Source of the DNA: Plasmodiophora brassicae
Taxonomy: Eukaryota
Assembly: GCA_036867785.1 (NCBI GenBank)
Contig: CP145422.1
Location: 1,107,680-1,127,679, forward strand
DNA length: 20,000 bases
Reading direction: 5' to 3'
This document shows positions 17,976 to 20,000 of the stretch, piece by piece. Within the stretch, counting starts at the first letter, position 1. The number at the start of each line of letters is the position of its first letter. The notes beneath the pieces were generated by a model. The model ran no database searches, had not been told where the DNA came from, and saw nothing but the letters and a program-made list of their open reading frames with translations. The translations under genes and the position numbers were made by a program.

Positions 17976-19632
17976 GGTTCGTCTCAGTCGTCCCTGCCAG
18001 ACCGGCCGAGGCCGGCGCCGGCAGGACAGGGCGCATGGTGCCCTGTTCGTCGGTCTGGGATGCGCTGCGTGCTGCAGCATCGTTGTCAGCGGAGGCGGCT
18101 GGGCCGCCGCCAGCTCGTTCGTCCGCCGCGCCAGATGGTTCACCCTCCTCCTCCTCCTCCAGCGTCAGCGATACAGCTTGGCGTTTGGCGATCGGCCTAC
18201 GCCGCATGCTGTACGACTTCTGGCTGTCGAGCTGGAACGCGTTGTCGTCTCGGACGTCGTCCGCCGGCATTTCCACCAGGTCGGAAGATGGTGGCGTGAG
18301 CTCGTTGATGATTGAGGCGACTGGGGGATACAGCGCGCCCATCGCACATGAGCTGCATGAATCGGCATTGGTGTGGGCGTCGTCGTCGCAGATGTCAATG
18401 CTTGGGCGGTCGTCCTCGGGCGTGACAGGAACGTCATCAGTGGGGCTTTCGGCGGGCGCCACGCTCTCGTCAGTACTTGGGGCAGCCTGCACAGGAACAA
18501 CAGCAGGCGGCGCGTCAGTGGGCCTCATAGGCCCCGAGCTCATCGGCGGGCGTGGCTGCTCCCCAGCCGGTGCCATGGGCACGTGGTGATGATCAGGGGC
18601 CGGTGCCGCCCTTGACCGCTCCCAGTCAAGCATTGCCTCGAACTGCCGCTTCGCGGATCGTCGCAGACAGCTGTCAACGCGGCTCGTGATTCGCTCCAGC
18701 CGATAGATGAAGTTGTCGTTCGCGAACTGCTCTTGCTCTGGCTTGGCCAGCTTGCGGAACGCCGCCGAATCGAACAGGAACGGTTCTGTCGGGCGCCGGT
18801 CGAAGTACGTCCGGTAGTCGTGGTGAATGAGCCGGTTGACGATGTCGTTGGTCTCGTGCTCGTAGGCCCACACCTCGAGCATCGACGTCCCATGCAGGAA
18901 CCCGATTTCGACAATCTTGCGAATGTCGAAGCCCTTCGTTTTCAGGATTCGACGGATTGCACTGAGCGGCTGGCGTCGAAAACCGCGAACGTACACCGGG
19001 CGTAGCTTCCAGCTGAGCATCGTTGTCGACTGAGGCGGGGCGCCGACGGCGCGGGTGTCATCGATGGGGTAGAGCGGTCGCCACTGCAGGACTTGCGTCG
19101 TGCTGCCCGCAACAGGTCCAGGCGCGCTGCTGGTGGCGGCTTCAGCGTACGTGGCCGGACAGCGCCTTGCGGCACGGGTCCGCGTCAGTTCCCCGATCTT
19201 GCTGGCTTGAGCGGCGAGGTCTGACTCCAGCCGAGCCGCTGTGCTCGCGTGTTGTTGGCGCGACTCGGACAGGTCCCTGTTGAGGGCGTCAAGTCGCTCT
19301 TCCACGATGGATACGCGGCCCGTCACGTCAATCGTGCGATCTCCAGCCAGGCTGCGGACGATCCCGTGCAGCTCAGTGACGTTACGTTCGTTCGCGGTGA
19401 CGCGGCTCTGCAGGGCAGAGACCGCGTCCTTGTCAGGTGCAGGATCGTTTGACGCTGGCTCGCGATCGGTGTCGTCCACAGTTCGCAGAGTAGCAGGCTC
19501 GCCATCATCGTTGACCTCGACGTCGGGTGGCGCGGGCGTGGCGCTCTTGGTGGGCCTCTGCGACCGCAGCCAGGCCGACGATAGCTGCGACCCAAGGGCG
19601 GCGATCTGCTTCATCATCGCCGTTCCGCCCAT
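17959..19632 (-). CDS. LINE ORF1 (gag-like nucleic-acid chaperone): coiled coil, RRM-like core, disordered acidic/Pro-rich tail
   Basis: 557 aa directly upstream of ORF2. Heptad-like region VSALQSRVTANERNVTELHGIVRSL...LDALNRDLSESRQQHASTAARLESDLAAQASKIGEL; ATYAEAA motif common in LINE ORF1s; beta-alpha-beta pattern PVYVRGF..PLSAIRRILKTKGF..IVEIGFL..MLEVW. Confidence 0.85.
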   Translation of the reverse strand: MGGTAMMKQIAALGSQLSSAWLRSQRPTKSATPAPPDVEVNDDGEPATLRTVDDTDREPASNDPAPDKDAVSALQSRVTANERNVTELHGIVRSLAGDRTIDVTGRVSIVEERLDALNRDLSESRQQHASTAARLESDLAAQASKIGELTRTRAARRCPATYAEAATSSAPGPVAGSTTQVLQWRPLYPIDDTRAVGAPPQSTTMLSWKLRPVYVRGFRRQPLSAIRRILKTKGFDIRKIVEIGFLHGTSMLEVWAYEHETNDIVNRLIHHDYRTYFDRRPTEPFLFDSAAFRKLAKPEQEQFANDNFIYRLERITSRVDSCLRRSAKRQFEAMLDWERSRAAPAPDHHHVPMAPAGEQPRPPMSSGPMRPTDAPPAVVPVQAAPSTDESVAPAESPTDDVPVTPEDDRPSIDICDDDAHTNADSCSSCAMGALYPPVASIINELTPPSSDLVEMPADDVRDDNAFQLDSQKSYSMRRRPIAKRQAVSLTLEEEEEGEPSGAADERAGGGPAASADNDAAARSASQTDEQGTMRPVLPAPASAGLAGTTETNPTQRC

Positions 19633-19684
19633 TCGGTTCGAACACTTGATTTTCTTCGCTGGTGCGGGCGGGTTGCGGCACTGG

Positions 19685-20000
19685 TAGGGCTTAGGGTTTT
19701 TAGGGTTTTAGGGTTTTAGGGTTAGGCTTAGGGTTTTTTAGGGTTTTAGGGTTTTAGGGTTTTTTAGGGTTTTTAGGGTTTTTTAGGGTTTTTTAGGGTT
19801 TTAGGGTTTTAGGGTTTTAGGGTTTTAGGGTTTTAGGGTTTTAGGGTTTTAGGGTTTTAGGGTTTTAGGGTTTTAGGGTTTTAGGGTTTTAGGGTTTTAG
19901 GGTTTTAGGGTTTTAGGGTTTTAGGGTTTTAGGGTTTTAGGGTTTTAGGGTTTTAGGGTTTTAGGGTTTTAGGGTTTTAGGGTTTTAGGGTTTTAGGGTT
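19685..20000 (+). repeat. Telomere, (TTTTAGGG)n, with a proximal variant zone at 19685-19798
   Basis: Homogeneous TTTTAGGG from 19799 to the window end. Proximal units include CTTAGGG, TTAGG, T5AGGG and T6AGGG. The G-rich strand runs 5'->3' toward the end, as expected for a chromosome terminus. Confidence 0.98.

Larger units (their letters stand above)
14090..19684 (-). mobile_element. Apparently intact two-ORF APE-type non-LTR retrotransposon (LINE) abutting the telomere
   Basis: Uninterrupted ORF1 (557 aa) and ORF2 (1254 aa) overlap by 7 nt, with no introns or LTRs. The 5' side joins telomeric repeats at 19685. The 3' boundary is uncertain (about 14090-14190) and there is no pure poly(A). 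Confidence 0.93.

Noticed and set aside
14128-19687. Many long plus-strand ORFs antisense to the LINE (e.g. 16256-17140, 17972-18589)
   Set aside because: Shadow ORFs expected from high GC and codon bias; no recognisable motifs.
14060-19700. Target-site duplication flanking the LINE
   Set aside because: Only generic telomere-like GGGTTTTAGG similarity is shared by both sides; no unique duplicated sequence can be defined.
19685-20000. Terminal repeat as a CRISPR array or interstitial satellite
   Set aside because: No spacers; an 8-nt G-rich unit running to the sequence end is a telomere.

Overview
GC-rich eukaryotic chromosome end. The window ends in a (TTTTAGGG)n telomere and its genes have short (48-69 nt) GT-AG introns; this combination suggests Plasmodiophora brassicae or a relative (inference). 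Bases 1-13.4 kb are densely packed host genes: the 3' part of a GT13 GlcNAc-transferase I carrying a GnT-V-type Cys-rich tail, a small signal-peptide/TM protein, a U2AF65-like splicing factor lacking RRM2 and with a predicted 5-nt microexon, mitochondrial ribosomal protein bL17, a motor-less MyTH4-FERM protein, a VIT-like/vWA/ZZ-finger protein, a Helitron Rep relic, and a WCQYC nucleoredoxin/tryparedoxin-like gene. The last ~5.6 kb before the telomere is an apparently intact two-ORF non-LTR retrotransposon (ORF1 coiled-coil plus RRM-like; ORF2 APE-RT-CCHC). Its 5' end is fused directly to telomeric repeats and it reads toward the centromere, the geometry of telomeric retroelements such as HeT-A/TART. 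It has a perfect hairpin over the overlapping ORF2 start and ORF1 stop, a second hairpin over the ORF2 stop, an altered APE catalytic motif, a telomere-like remnant near its 3' end and variant telomere repeats at its 5' junction. It is a candidate telomere-associated retrotransposon system.
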